64,000 nt of DNA from Flocculibacter collagenilyticus (GTDB taxonomy: Bacteria; Pseudomonadota; Gammaproteobacteria; Enterobacterales; Alteromonadaceae): positions 3,235,899 through 3,299,898 of the forward strand of contig NZ_CP059888.1 in NCBI RefSeq assembly GCF_016469335.1, in the 5' to 3' direction. Under the pieces are notes generated by a model. It worked only from the letters and a program-made list of their open reading frames with translations, searched no databases and was not told the origin of the DNA. The position numbers were made by a program, and so were the translations under genes. The first letter of the stretch is position 1, and every line of letters starts with the position of its first letter. Shown here one piece after another: positions 10,943 through 22,108 of the stretch.

Positions 10943-11000
10943 GAGCTTAACTTTAAAAATTGATGGGAGGCCAATGGATGAGCACTCTTGTTCTGCTAAA

Positions 11001-11040
11001 CAAAAAGCCGCTTTCTAATAATAGATAGCGGCTTTAGTAT
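11001..11040 (-). terminator. rho-independent terminator downstream of lpdA
   Basis: aaagccgct...agcggcttt hairpin; minus strand followed by ttttgttt. Confidence 0.55.
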
Positions 11041-11082
11041 TACTCTTATTTAGGCCATTAGGACGTATTAGCCTAATAAAAC

Positions 11083-12507
11083 CTATTTTTTCTTTTTCGC
11101 TTTTGCGTTTGGTAAGTCGGTAATTGTACCTTCGTAAATTTCCGCCGCTAAGCCAATAGACTCATTTAGTGTAGGGTGAGCATGAATGGTTAATGCGATA
11201 TCTTCCGCATCTGCGCCCATTTCAATGGCTAAGCCAATTTCACCTAACATTTCACCGGCGTTAATACCTACAATTGCACCACCCACTACGCGATGGGTAT
11301 CTTTGTCGAAGATTAGCTTAGTGAAACCTTCTGTTCTTGCCGATGCAATTGCACGGCCTGACGCTGCCCAAGGGAACGTTGCTGATTCAACATTCATACC
11401 TTGTTCTTTTGCTTCTTTTTCCGTAACCCCTACCCAAGCCATTTCTGGATCAGTGTAAGCAATTGAAGGAATACATTTTGGTTCAAAGAAGTGCTTTTGA
11501 CCCGCAATTACTTCAGCCGCTACGTGTGCTTCATGAACAGCTTTATGCGCTAACATTGGTTGACCAACAACATCACCAATTGCAAAAATATGGTTCACAT
11601 TCGTGCGTAATTGGTTATCAACATTAATAAAGCCACGCTCATCAACATTAACACCTGCTTTAGCAGCATCCATTAAGTTACCATTTGGACGACGGCCCAC
11701 AGCAACTAAAATCGAATCATAACGCACTGGCTCTGCAGGCGCTTTTTTGCCTTCAAATGTTACATATAAACCGTCATCTTTCGCGTCTACTGCTACAACC
11801 TTAGTTGACAACATAACGTTGAAACGGTCTTTATTATATTTGGTATACGTTTTTACTACGTCTTTATCCGCCGCAGGAACTAGTTGGTCAGCAAATTCAA
11901 CAACACTGACTTTTGAACCTAGCGCGCTGTATACCGTACCCATTTCAAGACCGATAATACCGCCACCCAGTACCAGCATTTCTTCAGGAATATTTTTAAG
12001 CTCAAGTGCACCGGTTGAATCAATAACACGATCATCTTCAGGAATGAACGGCAACGCTACTGGCTCTGAGCCCGCAGCAATGATTGCATTGTCGAATGTG
12101 ATAGTAGTGCTACCGTCTTTACCTTCAACCTTAAGCGTATTTGAGCCGGTGAATTTACCGTAGCCGTTTACTACTTTCACTTTACGCATTTTAGACATGC
12201 CGTCTAAGCCTTTAGTAAGTTGGCTTACTACGCTGTCTTTCCAGTCGCGAATTTTATCAAGATCAATTTGTGGCTCACCAAATGTAACACCATGAGATGC
12301 CATATCTTTTGCATCATCAATCACTTTAGCCACGTGTAATAACGCTTTTGAAGGAATACAGCCAACATTCAAACATACGCCACCTAAGGTGTCGCGCGCT
12401 TCAACTAATGTTACATCTAAACCTAAATCGGCTGCACGAAATGCTGCTGAATAACCGCCAGGACCTGCACCAATAACGACTACTTGCGTTTTGATATCGT
12501 TGCTCAT
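11083..12507 (-). CDS. lpdA: dihydrolipoyl dehydrogenase (E3)
   Basis: 474 aa; VVVIGAGPGGYSAAFRAADLG FAD fold; GGVCLNVGCIPSKAL redox-active disulfide motif. Confidence 0.95.
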   Translation of the reverse strand: MSNDIKTQVVVIGAGPGGYSAAFRAADLGLDVTLVEARDTLGGVCLNVGCIPSKALLHVAKVIDDAKDMASHGVTFGEPQIDLDKIRDWKDSVVSQLTKGLDGMSKMRKVKVVNGYGKFTGSNTLKVEGKDGSTTITFDNAIIAAGSEPVALPFIPEDDRVIDSTGALELKNIPEEMLVLGGGIIGLEMGTVYSALGSKVSVVEFADQLVPAADKDVVKTYTKYNKDRFNVMLSTKVVAVDAKDDGLYVTFEGKKAPAEPVRYDSILVAVGRRPNGNLMDAAKAGVNVDERGFINVDNQLRTNVNHIFAIGDVVGQPMLAHKAVHEAHVAAEVIAGQKHFFEPKCIPSIAYTDPEMAWVGVTEKEAKEQGMNVESATFPWAASGRAIASARTEGFTKLIFDKDTHRVVGGAIVGINAGEMLGEIGLAIEMGADAEDIALTIHAHPTLNESIGLAAEIYEGTITDLPNAKAKKKK

Positions 12508-12695
12508 TGCTAACCTCTGTTGTTCTTAATGCGAGATGCCCATAGCAAATTTCTAACATCTCTTTGAATTATTTTATTAACCATCATGTCTTATGCGACA
12601 AAGCGATGGCAAGTTTATCATTGTGTTGTTGGTATGTCGCCCAATCTAACCAATTAATAACGGTAAACATTTGGTTTACCGTTATCGAATTTAAA

Positions 12696-14738
12696 TTAAA
12701 GGACTAACTTACGAATATCTGACAAAACACTGCTCACGTGCACTGCAAACCTTGCCGCTACAGCACCATCAATAACCCGATGGTCGTAAGACAAGGAAAG
12801 TGGCAACATCAGTCTTGGCACAAATTCAGCACCATCCCATTTAGGTTTCATTTCTGATTTAGAAACACCTAAAATCGCGACATCTGGCGCATTCACAATA
12901 GGTGTAAATGCAGTTCCACCAATACCACCTAAGCTTGAAATGGTAAAACAGCTACCTTGCATATCGGCTGCTTTTAGTTTTCCATCACGTGCTTTTTTCG
13001 AAATTTCCATGAGTTCTTTTGAAATTTCATTAACGCCTTTCTTGTCTACATCACGCACCACTGGCACAACCAAGCCATTTGGAGTGTCTACTGCAATACC
13101 AATGTGAACGTATTTTTTCATAATTAAGTGTTCACCATCTTCATCCAGTGAAGAGTTAAACACAGGATAAGTCAGTAGCGCATTTGCACAGGCTTTCATA
13201 ATGAAAACAAGTGGCGTAATTTTTAAGTCGGCTTTTTGTTTGGCCAGTAACGCATTTTGCTCTTTACGGAATGCTTCAACATCTGTGATATCTGCTTCAT
13301 CAAATTGCGTTACATGTGGGATAGTAACCCAGTTGCGATGTAAGTTAGGACCAGATATTTTCTGAATGCGCGTTAATGCAACCTTTTCAACTTCACCAAA
13401 CTTTGCAAAATCGACTTTTGGCTGAGCAATAACCTGAAGGCCACCGCCACTTGCGCTGACATTTGACGCAGCCGTTGCTTTAGGTCTTGATAATTCGTAC
13501 TTAACATAAGCTTGCACGTCTTCCTTAAGAATACGTCCTTTGCGGCCTGTGCCTTTAACTTTAGTAAGATCTACCCCGAATTCGCGGGCAATTCTGCGTA
13601 CTGATGGTGTAGCATTCACTAAGCCACCCGCTTGACGCTCGCCCGCTGAAGGGTGATGCGGAACAGGTGGCGCTTTTTGTGCTGACGGTTGCGCTTTTGA
13701 TGCTTGCGGCTGGCTGCTAGCTTGCTCGGTGCTTTTTCCTGTGCTTTGCTCAGCATTTTGCTGACTTGCTTTAGCTCCACCACTTTGGCTTGCAGATTCA
13801 ATCATTACGATAACATCGCCCATGGCAACTTTACCGCCTGTAGAAACCTTAACCTCCGTTACTTTTCCAGCAAACGGAGACGGCACGTCCATAGTCGCTT
13901 TATCGGTTTCAAGGGTAATTAACCCTTGCTCAGCTTCAACCGTATCACCCACAGCGACTAAAACGTCAATAATATCAACTTCGCCTTCTGTACCAATGTC
14001 TGGTACTTCTACCGCTTGTACTTGCGCTTCACCACTGGGTTCTTGGTCAACTTGCTCTTGACCGCTTGTTGACGATTCTTGTTGACCATTTGTTGCAGCC
14101 GCAGACTGAGAAGATTCAGCAGATTGTTCGCCTACACCACCTTCAGTCGCCAAAATAAGTACTAATGAGCCTTGGCTTACTTTATCACCTGCTGCCACTT
14201 TTAATGATTTAACCACGCCACTTTCAGGGCAAGGCACATCCATTGTTGCTTTGTCGGTTTCTAATGTGATTAGGCCGTCTTCTTTATTAACGCTATCGCC
14301 TTCGCTTACCAGTACGTCAATCACATCAACTTCACCGTCGGTGCCTATGTCTGGCACTGTTACTTCAATTGTGGTGCTTGTGTTCGACGAAGATTGAGTC
14401 GATGAAGTGTTTGCCGATTCAGCAGCTGCTTGATTGCTAGCCTGAGCCTCTTTCGCACTGTCACTCTCGGTTGCCGACTTTTCACTAGCAGAGTCATCAG
14501 CAGACGCCTCAAGCATCACAATTAGCGATCCTTCAGACACTTTATCGCCAACCGCGACTTTAATTTCTTTTACTGTTCCCGCCTGTGGAGCAGGAATGTC
14601 CATTGACGCTTTATCGCTTTCAACCGTAATTAACGAGTCTTCCGCTGCGACTTTATCCCCAACATTCACACAAAGCTCAATGACTTCAACTTCATCGCCG
14701 CCTACGTCAGGAACTAAAATTTCATTTAAATTTGCCAT
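12696..14738 (-). CDS. aceF: pyruvate dehydrogenase E2 dihydrolipoamide acetyltransferase (three lipoyl domains)
   Basis: Three repeated [10 protein letters not shown] lipoyl-lysine motifs; C-terminal catalytic DHRVIDG motif. Confidence 0.95.
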   Translation of the reverse strand: MANLNEILVPDVGGDEVEVIELCVNVGDKVAAEDSLITVESDKASMDIPAPQAGTVKEIKVAVGDKVSEGSLIVMLEASADDSASEKSATESDSAKEAQASNQAAAESANTSSTQSSSNTSTTIEVTVPDIGTDGEVDVIDVLVSEGDSVNKEDGLITLETDKATMDVPCPESGVVKSLKVAAGDKVSQGSLVLILATEGGVGEQSAESSQSAAATNGQQESSTSGQEQVDQEPSGEAQVQAVEVPDIGTEGEVDIIDVLVAVGDTVEAEQGLITLETDKATMDVPSPFAGKVTEVKVSTGGKVAMGDVIVMIESASQSGGAKASQQNAEQSTGKSTEQASSQPQASKAQPSAQKAPPVPHHPSAGERQAGGLVNATPSVRRIAREFGVDLTKVKGTGRKGRILKEDVQAYVKYELSRPKATAASNVSASGGGLQVIAQPKVDFAKFGEVEKVALTRIQKISGPNLHRNWVTIPHVTQFDEADITDVEAFRKEQNALLAKQKADLKITPLVFIMKACANALLTYPVFNSSLDEDGEHLIMKKYVHIGIAVDTPNGLVVPVVRDVDKKGVNEISKELMEISKKARDGKLKAADMQGSCFTISSLGGIGGTAFTPIVNAPDVAILGVSKSEMKPKWDGAEFVPRLMLPLSLSYDHRVIDGAVAARFAVHVSSVLSDIRKLVL

Positions 14739-14749
14739 TTTTGCTCCTA

Positions 14750-17419
14750 TTACGCGTACAGTGGGTTTAGCTTGTCAGGGTCAATCGAAAACGCGTCTAT
14801 TGCTTGCGTTACTACTTTAGCGTCTACTTCACCACGTTTTGCTAATTCGCTAAGGGCTGCAACCACAATGTACTTGTGATCAACTTCAAAATGGTGACGT
14901 AAATTACTGCGGCTGTCAGAGCGGCCGAAACCGTCAGTACCTAACACTTTATAATCGGTAGGTACCCAAGCACGAATTTGATCAGCATATGACTTAATGT
15001 AGTCTGTCGCTGCAATCGCAGGGCCTTTAGTACCATTCAGTACTTCAGTCACGTACGCTTCTTTGCGATCTTGCTCTGGATTAAGCATATTGTGGCGGTC
15101 TACATCATAACCATCGCGCATTAATTCATTAAACGAGGTTACGCTGTATACATTAGATGAAACGTTATAGTCTTCTGCTAGTATTCGAGCCGCTTCTCTA
15201 ACTTGTAATAAGATAGTGCCAGAGCCCATTAACTGCACTTCTGCTTTCGCTTTTTTCGCTTTCACAGTATCTAACAAGTACATACCACGTAAAATACCTT
15301 CTTCAACACCTTCTGGCATAGCAGGCTGTACGTAGTTTTCGTTCATAATAGTTAGGTAGTAGAAGATATTCTCTTGATCGCCATACATACGGCGCAAACC
15401 ATCTTGCACAATCACTGCCACTTCATAGCCGTAAGTAGGATCGTAAGTTAAGCAATTTGGTACTGTGCCAAAATGAGAATGGCTGTGGCCATCCTGATGC
15501 TGCAATCCTTCACCATTTAGTGTCGTTCTACCAGCAGTACCACCAATTAAGAAACCTCTTGCTTGGCTATCACCAGCAGCCCATACCAAATCACCCACAC
15601 GTTGGAAGCCAAACATTGAGTAATAAATGTAGAATGGGATCATCGGCTGGTTAGTATTTGAGTATGACGTTGCCGCTGCTACCCAATCAGCCATTGCGCC
15701 TAACTCATTGATACCTTCTTGTAATACTTGCCCCGTTTTATCTTCACGGTAGTAAGCTACTTGGTCGGCATCTTGTGGTGTGTATTTTTGCCCTTCATGT
15801 GCATAAATACCAACTTGACGGAATAAGCCTTCTAAACCAAAAGTACGCGCTTCATCAGGAATAATTGGCACAATGCGTTTGCCAATTTGCTTGTCTTTAA
15901 TCAAAGCGGTTAATACACGACCAAATGCCATGGTGGTTGATATTTCACGCTCGCCCGACCCTTTCGTTACGGCTTCCAATGCTTTTAAGCTTGGAATGTC
16001 TAGCTCAATATCTGTGTTGCGGCGTCGCTTAGGTAAATAACCACCTAATTCGTTACGGCGCGCATGCATGTATTTTGCTTCTTCGCTGTCTTCAGGGAAC
16101 TGGTAATAAGGCATATCCGCCAAATCTTCATCTTTAATTGGAATATTAAAGCGGTCGCGGAAGTGTTTAATGGCATCAATGTCCATTTTCTTAACTTGGT
16201 GCGCAATGTTCTTACCTTCACCTGCTGCGCCCATGCCATAGCCTTTTACCGTTTTAGCTAAAATAACTTGTGGGCGGCCTTTTGTTTTACAGGCTTTATC
16301 GTATGCTGCGTATACTTTTACAGGGTCGTGACCACCACGATTTAAGCGCCAAATGTCTTCATCAGACATGTTTGCAACCATGGCTTTAGTTTCTGGATAC
16401 TTCGCAAAGAAGTTATCACGCGTAAACTTACCGCCTTTGGCTTTATAATTTTGGTATTCACCGTCTACGGTTTCTTCCATTACTTGTAGCAACTTGCCTG
16501 AAGTATCACGAGCAATTAACGGATCCCAGTATGAACCCCAAATAACTTTAATAACTTCCCAACCAGCACCACGGAATGTGCCTTCTAACTCCTGAATGAT
16601 TTTGCCGTTACCACGCACAGGACCGTCTAAACGTTGTAAATTACAGTTAATCACAAAGGTTAAATTATCTAGGCCTTCACGTGCCGCTAAGCCAATTGCA
16701 CCTAATGATTCTGGTTCATCACATTCACCATCGCCCATGAAGCAATAAACACGTTGCTCTGAACAGTCTTTAATACCACGGTCTGTTAAGTACTTTAAAA
16801 AACGTGCTTGGTAAATGGCTTTAATTGGACCTAAGCCCATTGAAACGGTAGGAAACTGCCAGAAATCAGGCATCAGTTTAGGGTGCGGATAAGATGATAG
16901 TCCATCTCCGTTCGCTTCTTGACGGAAGCTGTCTAACTGCTCTTCCGATAAACGTCCTTCTAAGAAGGCACGAGAGTAAATCCCCGGAGAAACATGCCCT
17001 TGAATATACAAGTAGTCGCCATCAAAGTCGCCGTTAGCCGCTTTGAAGAAGTGGTTGAAACCTACATCGTACAGCATGGCAGACGATGCGAACGATGAAA
17101 TATGACCACCTAACTCTAAGTCTTTTTTAGAGCCACGAATAACCATGGCTAATGCATTCCAACGAATAGCCGCACGAATTTTTGCTTCGATTGACTGATC
17201 GCCCGGCATTGGTGGTTCTTGCCCAGCAGGAATAGTGTTCAAGTAAGCGGTGGTGGCTTTATATGGCAAATGCGCACCACTGCGGCGCGCTTTATCAATT
17301 AACGCTTCCAATACATAATGACCGCGCTCTTTTCCATCTTCTTCAATAATCGCTTCTAACGCATCGAGCCAGTCTTGCGTTTCTTGCGGATCGATGTCGT
17401 TTGAAAAATTATCTGACAT
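14750..17419 (-). CDS. aceE: pyruvate dehydrogenase E1 component
   Basis: 889 aa; collinear with AceE; directly upstream of aceF and lpdA. Confidence 0.95.
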   Translation of the reverse strand: MSDNFSNDIDPQETQDWLDALEAIIEEDGKERGHYVLEALIDKARRSGAHLPYKATTAYLNTIPAGQEPPMPGDQSIEAKIRAAIRWNALAMVIRGSKKDLELGGHISSFASSAMLYDVGFNHFFKAANGDFDGDYLYIQGHVSPGIYSRAFLEGRLSEEQLDSFRQEANGDGLSSYPHPKLMPDFWQFPTVSMGLGPIKAIYQARFLKYLTDRGIKDCSEQRVYCFMGDGECDEPESLGAIGLAAREGLDNLTFVINCNLQRLDGPVRGNGKIIQELEGTFRGAGWEVIKVIWGSYWDPLIARDTSGKLLQVMEETVDGEYQNYKAKGGKFTRDNFFAKYPETKAMVANMSDEDIWRLNRGGHDPVKVYAAYDKACKTKGRPQVILAKTVKGYGMGAAGEGKNIAHQVKKMDIDAIKHFRDRFNIPIKDEDLADMPYYQFPEDSEEAKYMHARRNELGGYLPKRRRNTDIELDIPSLKALEAVTKGSGEREISTTMAFGRVLTALIKDKQIGKRIVPIIPDEARTFGLEGLFRQVGIYAHEGQKYTPQDADQVAYYREDKTGQVLQEGINELGAMADWVAAATSYSNTNQPMIPFYIYYSMFGFQRVGDLVWAAGDSQARGFLIGGTAGRTTLNGEGLQHQDGHSHSHFGTVPNCLTYDPTYGYEVAVIVQDGLRRMYGDQENIFYYLTIMNENYVQPAMPEGVEEGILRGMYLLDTVKAKKAKAEVQLMGSGTILLQVREAARILAEDYNVSSNVYSVTSFNELMRDGYDVDRHNMLNPEQDRKEAYVTEVLNGTKGPAIAATDYIKSYADQIRAWVPTDYKVLGTDGFGRSDSRSNLRHHFEVDHKYIVVAALSELAKRGEVDAKVVTQAIDAFSIDPDKLNPLYA

Positions 17420-17548
17420 GTGATCTACCTTTTCTATGTTTTAGTATTCTTGCTCTGCCGTGTTAAACCATAGTCAACAAGTGTATAAACTTCTAATAAT
17501 TCACTAGGTTAATAAGTATTATTTGCCGTAACGCAGGATTAAAGTAAG

Positions 17549-18307
17549 TTATCCTTTTCTTACTCTTCTTAACGAGCGTTCAATACGGCTATTTTCACGA
17601 CCTATATTTAGTAATGTTTCTTCAATAAATGCTAAGTGCTCATTGCAGGCATGTCGGGCAAGCTCAGGCTCACCTGCCACAATGGCATCTAATAGTGTTT
17701 TTCTGTGTTGATTTACTTGTGCGCTGATCCCCTGCTTTTGACGCAAGGCCGCTAAATTTTGTTCGATGTTTTTCTCTAACAATCCTGTCATACCGCGTAC
17801 TAAGTGCAAAAGAACCACGTTATGAGAAGCCTCAGCAATGGCTAAATAAAATGAAAAAACACGCTGCGATTCAGTTGCTACATCCGCATTAGCGGGCAAC
17901 TGCTCAATGGCTTGGTAACGCTGCTGAATAACATTAAAGTCTGATTCGGTGCCTCTTAAGGCTGCATAATAAGCAGAAATACCTTCAAGCGCATGACGAA
18001 ACTCTAATAAATCAAATTGAGACTCGGGATGCTTGCTAATAAGCTCAAACAAGGGATCGGTAAGGCCACCTTCTAACTGCTCGCTGACATATGTGCCACC
18101 GCCTTGTTTGCGCGTGACTAAACCTTTTGCTTCTAGCTTTTGTATTGCTTCACGTAATGAGGGGCGCGACACTTCAAACTGCTTTGCCAATTCACGCTCA
18201 GCGGGCAGCTTTTGCCCCGGCGAAAACGTACCTTCAAGGATCATATTTTCTAACTGCTGCAATATAATGTCAGACAATTTTGGCGTTTTAATTTTTAATG
18301 ACGTCAT
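17549..18307 (-). CDS. pdhR: GntR-family pyruvate dehydrogenase complex repressor
   Basis: 252 aa; GntR HTH (ERELAKQFEVSRPSLREAIQKLE) plus FCD domain; heads the ace operon. Confidence 0.9.
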   Translation of the reverse strand: MTSLKIKTPKLSDIILQQLENMILEGTFSPGQKLPAERELAKQFEVSRPSLREAIQKLEAKGLVTRKQGGGTYVSEQLEGGLTDPLFELISKHPESQFDLLEFRHALEGISAYYAALRGTESDFNVIQQRYQAIEQLPANADVATESQRVFSFYLAIAEASHNVVLLHLVRGMTGLLEKNIEQNLAALRQKQGISAQVNQHRKTLLDAIVAGEPELARHACNEHLAFIEETLLNIGRENSRIERSLRRVRKG

Positions 18308-18383
18308 TTAATCAGCTAGTCTCGTTATACACGTTAACAGTGTGGAAAATGATTTAAAGTATAAACTTTAGACCAAAAAGGTA

Positions 18384-18399
18384 AATTGGTAATACCATT
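18384..18399. promoter_or_regulatory. PdhR operator-like palindrome upstream of pdhR
   Basis: aATTGGTaatACCATt matches the ATTGGT-N3-ACCAAT PdhR box with one mismatch, 77 bp upstream of the pdhR start. Confidence 0.55.
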
Positions 18400-18596
18400 T
18401 TTAAAATTCGCCCGATAAACTATCAAAATCCCTGTTTACAGTAAACCAATATTAAGTAATAGATGAATAATCCGCCAAAAATAAATAGAATAATTACTCT
18501 ATTTATTCGTAAGTAAACCAAAAACATCACACAGGTAAGTTAGTGGTCATACCAATTAACGAGGCAACTCTAATTTCCAAACTAAAGTATTGAGAA

Positions 18597-18643
18597 AGTT
18601 GAGCTGAAGAGAGTTGCACTGAAGAGAGTTAAAGTTGAGCTGA
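18597..18643. repeat. interleaved short direct repeats (aagttgagctgaa x2, ctgaagagagtt x2)
   Basis: Seen directly in the ampE-pdhR intergenic region. Confidence 0.5.
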
Positions 18644-18808
18644 ATATGCAAAGATAATTCGAATGAAACACCTAAAGCATATCGTTAATTGCAACGACAT
18701 AAGCTTGTGAGCAAAGCTTCAATACATTTAGGCTTGTCTTGGGCTGTGCTAAAACTGTCTTAACACAGCCTTCCAACTATATTAAAAGATGACTGACTAA
18801 TGTAGTGC

Positions 18809-19774
18809 CTAACTTAATTCACCGAATAGCGTGGCTAATGCCACTACCGCTAAAAAGAACAATAAATTGCGTTTTACTAACTTCACCATACATACAGGCT
18901 CTAAGGTACAGTGTATTTGCTCTGCTTCTACTTTTTCAGCTTCTATTGCAATATCTGCCACTACGGTTCTTGCCGATACCTTCATGTCTAATGCAATATC
19001 AAGCCAACGCCCCGTACCACGACTAAAGTTGCCAATAATCAGGTATCCAAAGCTAAATAAGCGGGCAGGAAGCCAATCAAGAATATGAATAAACATCCCT
19101 AATTTAGCAGTGTAAGGGGAAAGAAAGTTGTAACATAAATAGGCCTTGGGCGACTTTTCAATGTGCTCTAACGCCTCATCGTCAATATCATCCAATGCAG
19201 CCTGCCGGTCTAGCTTATGTTTATCGCTTAGCGATGCGCAGGCAATCACCTCTTCAGAGTTGGCTTTGCTCATATCATGTGCTTCGCGCACCATCACATA
19301 TAATACCGCCCCTGGCGCGCCCAGCACTACAAACCAAAACATAACACCGCAATAGTATTTAAAGTTTAGCCAAACTAATGTTTGGCCTAGGGTTTCAGTG
19401 GCTTCGCCTTCTGCATTTGTGCGCTGCCCCAATGCTGCCGCGTAACGTAAGCAGGCTTGCATATCGTTTCTGTTCGCCGCATTTAAATATTCTTTATACA
19501 CTTTTCTTAAATTGCGACAGCCCACACAAATTGCCAACACAAAAAATGCAATCAATGCTTCTAGTAACTGGCTGTCGAATAACATCATGGCGCATGCCAG
19601 CAAAATAACGGGGGTAAACAGCCACAGTAAAACACCCCACAAACTAAATTGGTGTCCGCTATAGCGCTTCGTTAAATTTACATATCGGGTAAAGTATCGA
19701 TGCGCCTGCCACGCTCGGCCGCGCAGCGCAAGCCGCTCAATAGTTAGAATAATGATGAGGGATATTAGAGTCAT
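18809..19774 (-). CDS. ampE: AmpE-like inner-membrane protein
   Basis: MTLISLIIILTIERLALRG... resembles the E. coli AmpE N-terminus; multiple TM segments. E. coli synteny ampDE-aroP-pdhR-aceEF-lpd is partly conserved (no ampD here). Confidence 0.7.
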   Translation of the reverse strand: MTLISLIIILTIERLALRGRAWQAHRYFTRYVNLTKRYSGHQFSLWGVLLWLFTPVILLACAMMLFDSQLLEALIAFFVLAICVGCRNLRKVYKEYLNAANRNDMQACLRYAAALGQRTNAEGEATETLGQTLVWLNFKYYCGVMFWFVVLGAPGAVLYVMVREAHDMSKANSEEVIACASLSDKHKLDRQAALDDIDDEALEHIEKSPKAYLCYNFLSPYTAKLGMFIHILDWLPARLFSFGYLIIGNFSRGTGRWLDIALDMKVSARTVVADIAIEAEKVEAEQIHCTLEPVCMVKLVKRNLLFFLAVVALATLFGELS

Positions 19775-20128
19775 TAAAACACCTTTGCGTTGTTACTCAC
19801 ATTGTGAATCAAAACATGAGTAAAGTCAGCTTGTTACTAAATAAATAACAACACATCAGACCATGATTAATCGCGCACTAATTCTTTTCTCAATTTCTAG
19901 CCGTAATTGACGATATCGCTTCATGGTATACAATAACTTCCCTACTCGTATCGATAAACTCACTCATAACGTTAAAGGCACGCACTCAGCAGCGCCATAT
20001 CTTCACGTGTAATGGGTCATAATGTTCTAGCCTTCTATACTTAATAGCTTTTATAATCTACATCAAGCCGCCTGTTTGAATAACGAGTAAGAAACAGGCT
20101 CTCATCATTTATATTCAAGGACATACTC

Positions 20129-20992
20129 ATGATCCACAGCATGACCGCCTACGCACGCCACGAAGTTAAAAATGATTGGGGCAACGCAATTTGGGAAATT
20201 CGCAGCGTTAACCAACGTTATTTAGAAACCTTTATTCGCCTACCTGAACAATTTCGCGCCATTGAAACCGTTATCCGTGAACGCCTTCGTAAACAACTGC
20301 AACGCGGTAAAGTAGAAGTATTCTTAAAATATAACGCCAACCCCGCCGCTGTTGGTCAGCTACAAATCAACGAAACTTTAGCAAAACAATTAATTGAAAA
20401 AGCAAACTGGATAAGAACTCACGGCGCAGAAAGCAACATTAATCCTATTGAGATTATGCGCTGGCCGGGCGTAATGGAAGTAGAAGAAGCCGACATCGAT
20501 ACCATTCAAACCGACATTTTAAATGGTTTTGACAAAGTACTAAGCGACTTTAAAGACGCACGCGGAAGCGAAGGCGAAAACTTAAAAGAAATGATTGAGC
20601 AACGCCTTACTGGCGTACTAGAGCAAAAAGCCATTATTGAACAACACCTACCAGAAATTATGGCATGGCAAAAAGAGCGCATCGTCAACCGCTTTGAAGA
20701 AATAAACCTTGAGCTAGATGAAGGCCGCTTAGAACAAGAGATGATCTACCTAGCACAAAAAACCGACGTAGCCGAAGAGCTAGACCGCCTAACCTCACAC
20801 GTAAACGAAACACAAAAAATCATGAAAAAAGGCGGCGCCTGCGGCCGACGTTTAGATTTTATGATGCAAGAATTCAACCGCGAGTCCAACACCCTAGCCT
20901 CTAAATCCATCAACGCCGACATCACCAAAGCAGCAGTAGAGCTAAAAGTGTTAATAGAGCAAATGAGGGAGCAGATCCAGAATATTGAATAG
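20129..20992 (+). CDS. yicC: YicC-family protein (stress-induced, RNase YicC family)
   Basis: MIHSMTAYARHEV...IWEIRSVNQRYLETFIRLPEQFR is near-identical in pattern to the E. coli YicC N-terminus. Confidence 0.85.
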   Translation: MIHSMTAYARHEVKNDWGNAIWEIRSVNQRYLETFIRLPEQFRAIETVIRERLRKQLQRGKVEVFLKYNANPAAVGQLQINETLAKQLIEKANWIRTHGAESNINPIEIMRWPGVMEVEEADIDTIQTDILNGFDKVLSDFKDARGSEGENLKEMIEQRLTGVLEQKAIIEQHLPEIMAWQKERIVNRFEEINLELDEGRLEQEMIYLAQKTDVAEELDRLTSHVNETQKIMKKGGACGRRLDFMMQEFNRESNTLASKSINADITKAAVELKVLIEQMREQIQNIE

Positions 20993-21018
20993 AATTTCAA
21001 TGCTATTCAATTTCAACT

Positions 21019-21048
21019 AAGCCCTTTGAAGATAAAGGGCTATTTAAT
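21019..21048 (+). terminator. rho-independent terminator (yicC)
   Basis: gcccttt-gaagat-aaagggc hairpin followed by tatttaatatt. Confidence 0.55.
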
Positions 21049-21115
21049 ATTGTAACGGTATGATTTAACTAGAGACTTTGTTAGAGGTAAAATTTAACAA
21101 ACTAACGAGGTTAAA

Positions 21116-21223
21116 ATGCCAAAGAAAACATTAACAGTAGAATTTAAACGTGAGTGTGCAGAGTTAGTCATTGTTCACGGCTATAAACATAAAGATGCAG
21201 CCATAGCGATGAATGTTCAATAG
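21116..21223 (+). pseudogene. IS3-family transposase OrfA N-terminal remnant (35 codons, then stop)
   Basis: MPKKTLTVEFKRECAELVIVHGYKHKDAAIAMNVQ* matches the HTH N-terminus of IS3 OrfA (FSAEFKRE...AAKAM pattern). No rest of transposase, no IRs. Confidence 0.55.
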
Positions 21224-21775
21224 ATGAACTAAATAAGCAAACTATGACATTCGACAGCTTTTCTTTGCTTAATTTTGGCTAATCAATGCATAAGATTTAC
21301 TTAAAAACGTAAGTATCGTCTCAGTGTTTGATTACAAAGATTTTGAAAAAAGACACTTAGCTGATGTGTTAAGCAGAAGCGTATTATAAGATGAAATATT
21401 TCGCTTTCGAGCATTTCAGCAAATTGTCACCTCCAAAATAGTTAATAAAAAACTTAAAAGCGAGCAATGTGAGGTAATTACGCATAGTGGCAGTTGTTAC
21501 GTTATTGAGCATAATCCAGAGTTTTTCGAATTAACACTTGCTAAATTTGCTGTGATGAGAAAGGGAGCCTCCACGCCACAGCGTATTATTGAGATGAGAG
21601 ACATATAAAAGCAGCCCAACAAAAATCTATATTGAAACATATTGCCACAGTGGTGACTGTATGTTGACCAGACAAATAATCATCATTATCGGTTATTTAT
21701 TTAGAGCACTTTTTACGAGAGAAGTATAATCACCTTTATCGGTGAATATATTTGAATGTTACTCAAATCCATCTA

Positions 21776-21797
21776 TAATCACTAAAATTGGTGATTA
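21776..21797. promoter_or_regulatory. palindromic operator-like site upstream of hipB (TAATCAC-N8-GTGATTA); second degenerate copy at 21727-21747
   Basis: Perfect 7-bp inverted half-sites 20 bp upstream of the hipB ATG; aatcacc-N6-ggtgaat 45 bp further upstream. Confidence 0.4.
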
Positions 21798-21817
21798 ATT
21801 TTAATAAGGTGCGATTA

Positions 21818-22108
21818 ATGGCTAAGAAAGTAACTGCTTCAAAAATGCCTAGCTCCGCACATATAGAGAGTGCAGAAGTTTTAGGCCAACTTATCAAGGC
21901 AAAGAGAACGGAACTCGGCATAAAATTAGCAGATTGTGCCGCGCTATGCGGGATCGGCATCAATACTTTGTCACGTATAGAAAACGGAAATTCAAACTGC
22001 ACTTTATCAGCGGTATTTTCTGTTTTAAACGGATTAGGTATTAAGCTAACCTCTAAAGAATTAACCCCTTTAGAAAAGGTATCATCACCTCACGATGAGT
22101 GGGTTTAG
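21818..22108 (+). CDS. hipB: HipB-like XRE-family HTH antitoxin
   Basis: HTH (LIKAKRTELGIKLADCAALCGIGINTLSRIENG); aaggtg RBS before ATG 21818; overlaps hipA start. Confidence 0.75.
   Translation: MAKKVTASKMPSSAHIESAEVLGQLIKAKRTELGIKLADCAALCGIGINTLSRIENGNSNCTLSAVFSVLNGLGIKLTSKELTPLEKVSSPHDEWV

Noticed and set aside
21455-21600. Possible toxin-like gene remnant (...SGSCYVIEHNPEFFELTLAKFAVMRKGASTPQRIIEMRDI)
   Set aside because: No start codon or RBS and no recognisable family; mentioned in the IS3/hipBA finding but not annotated as a feature.
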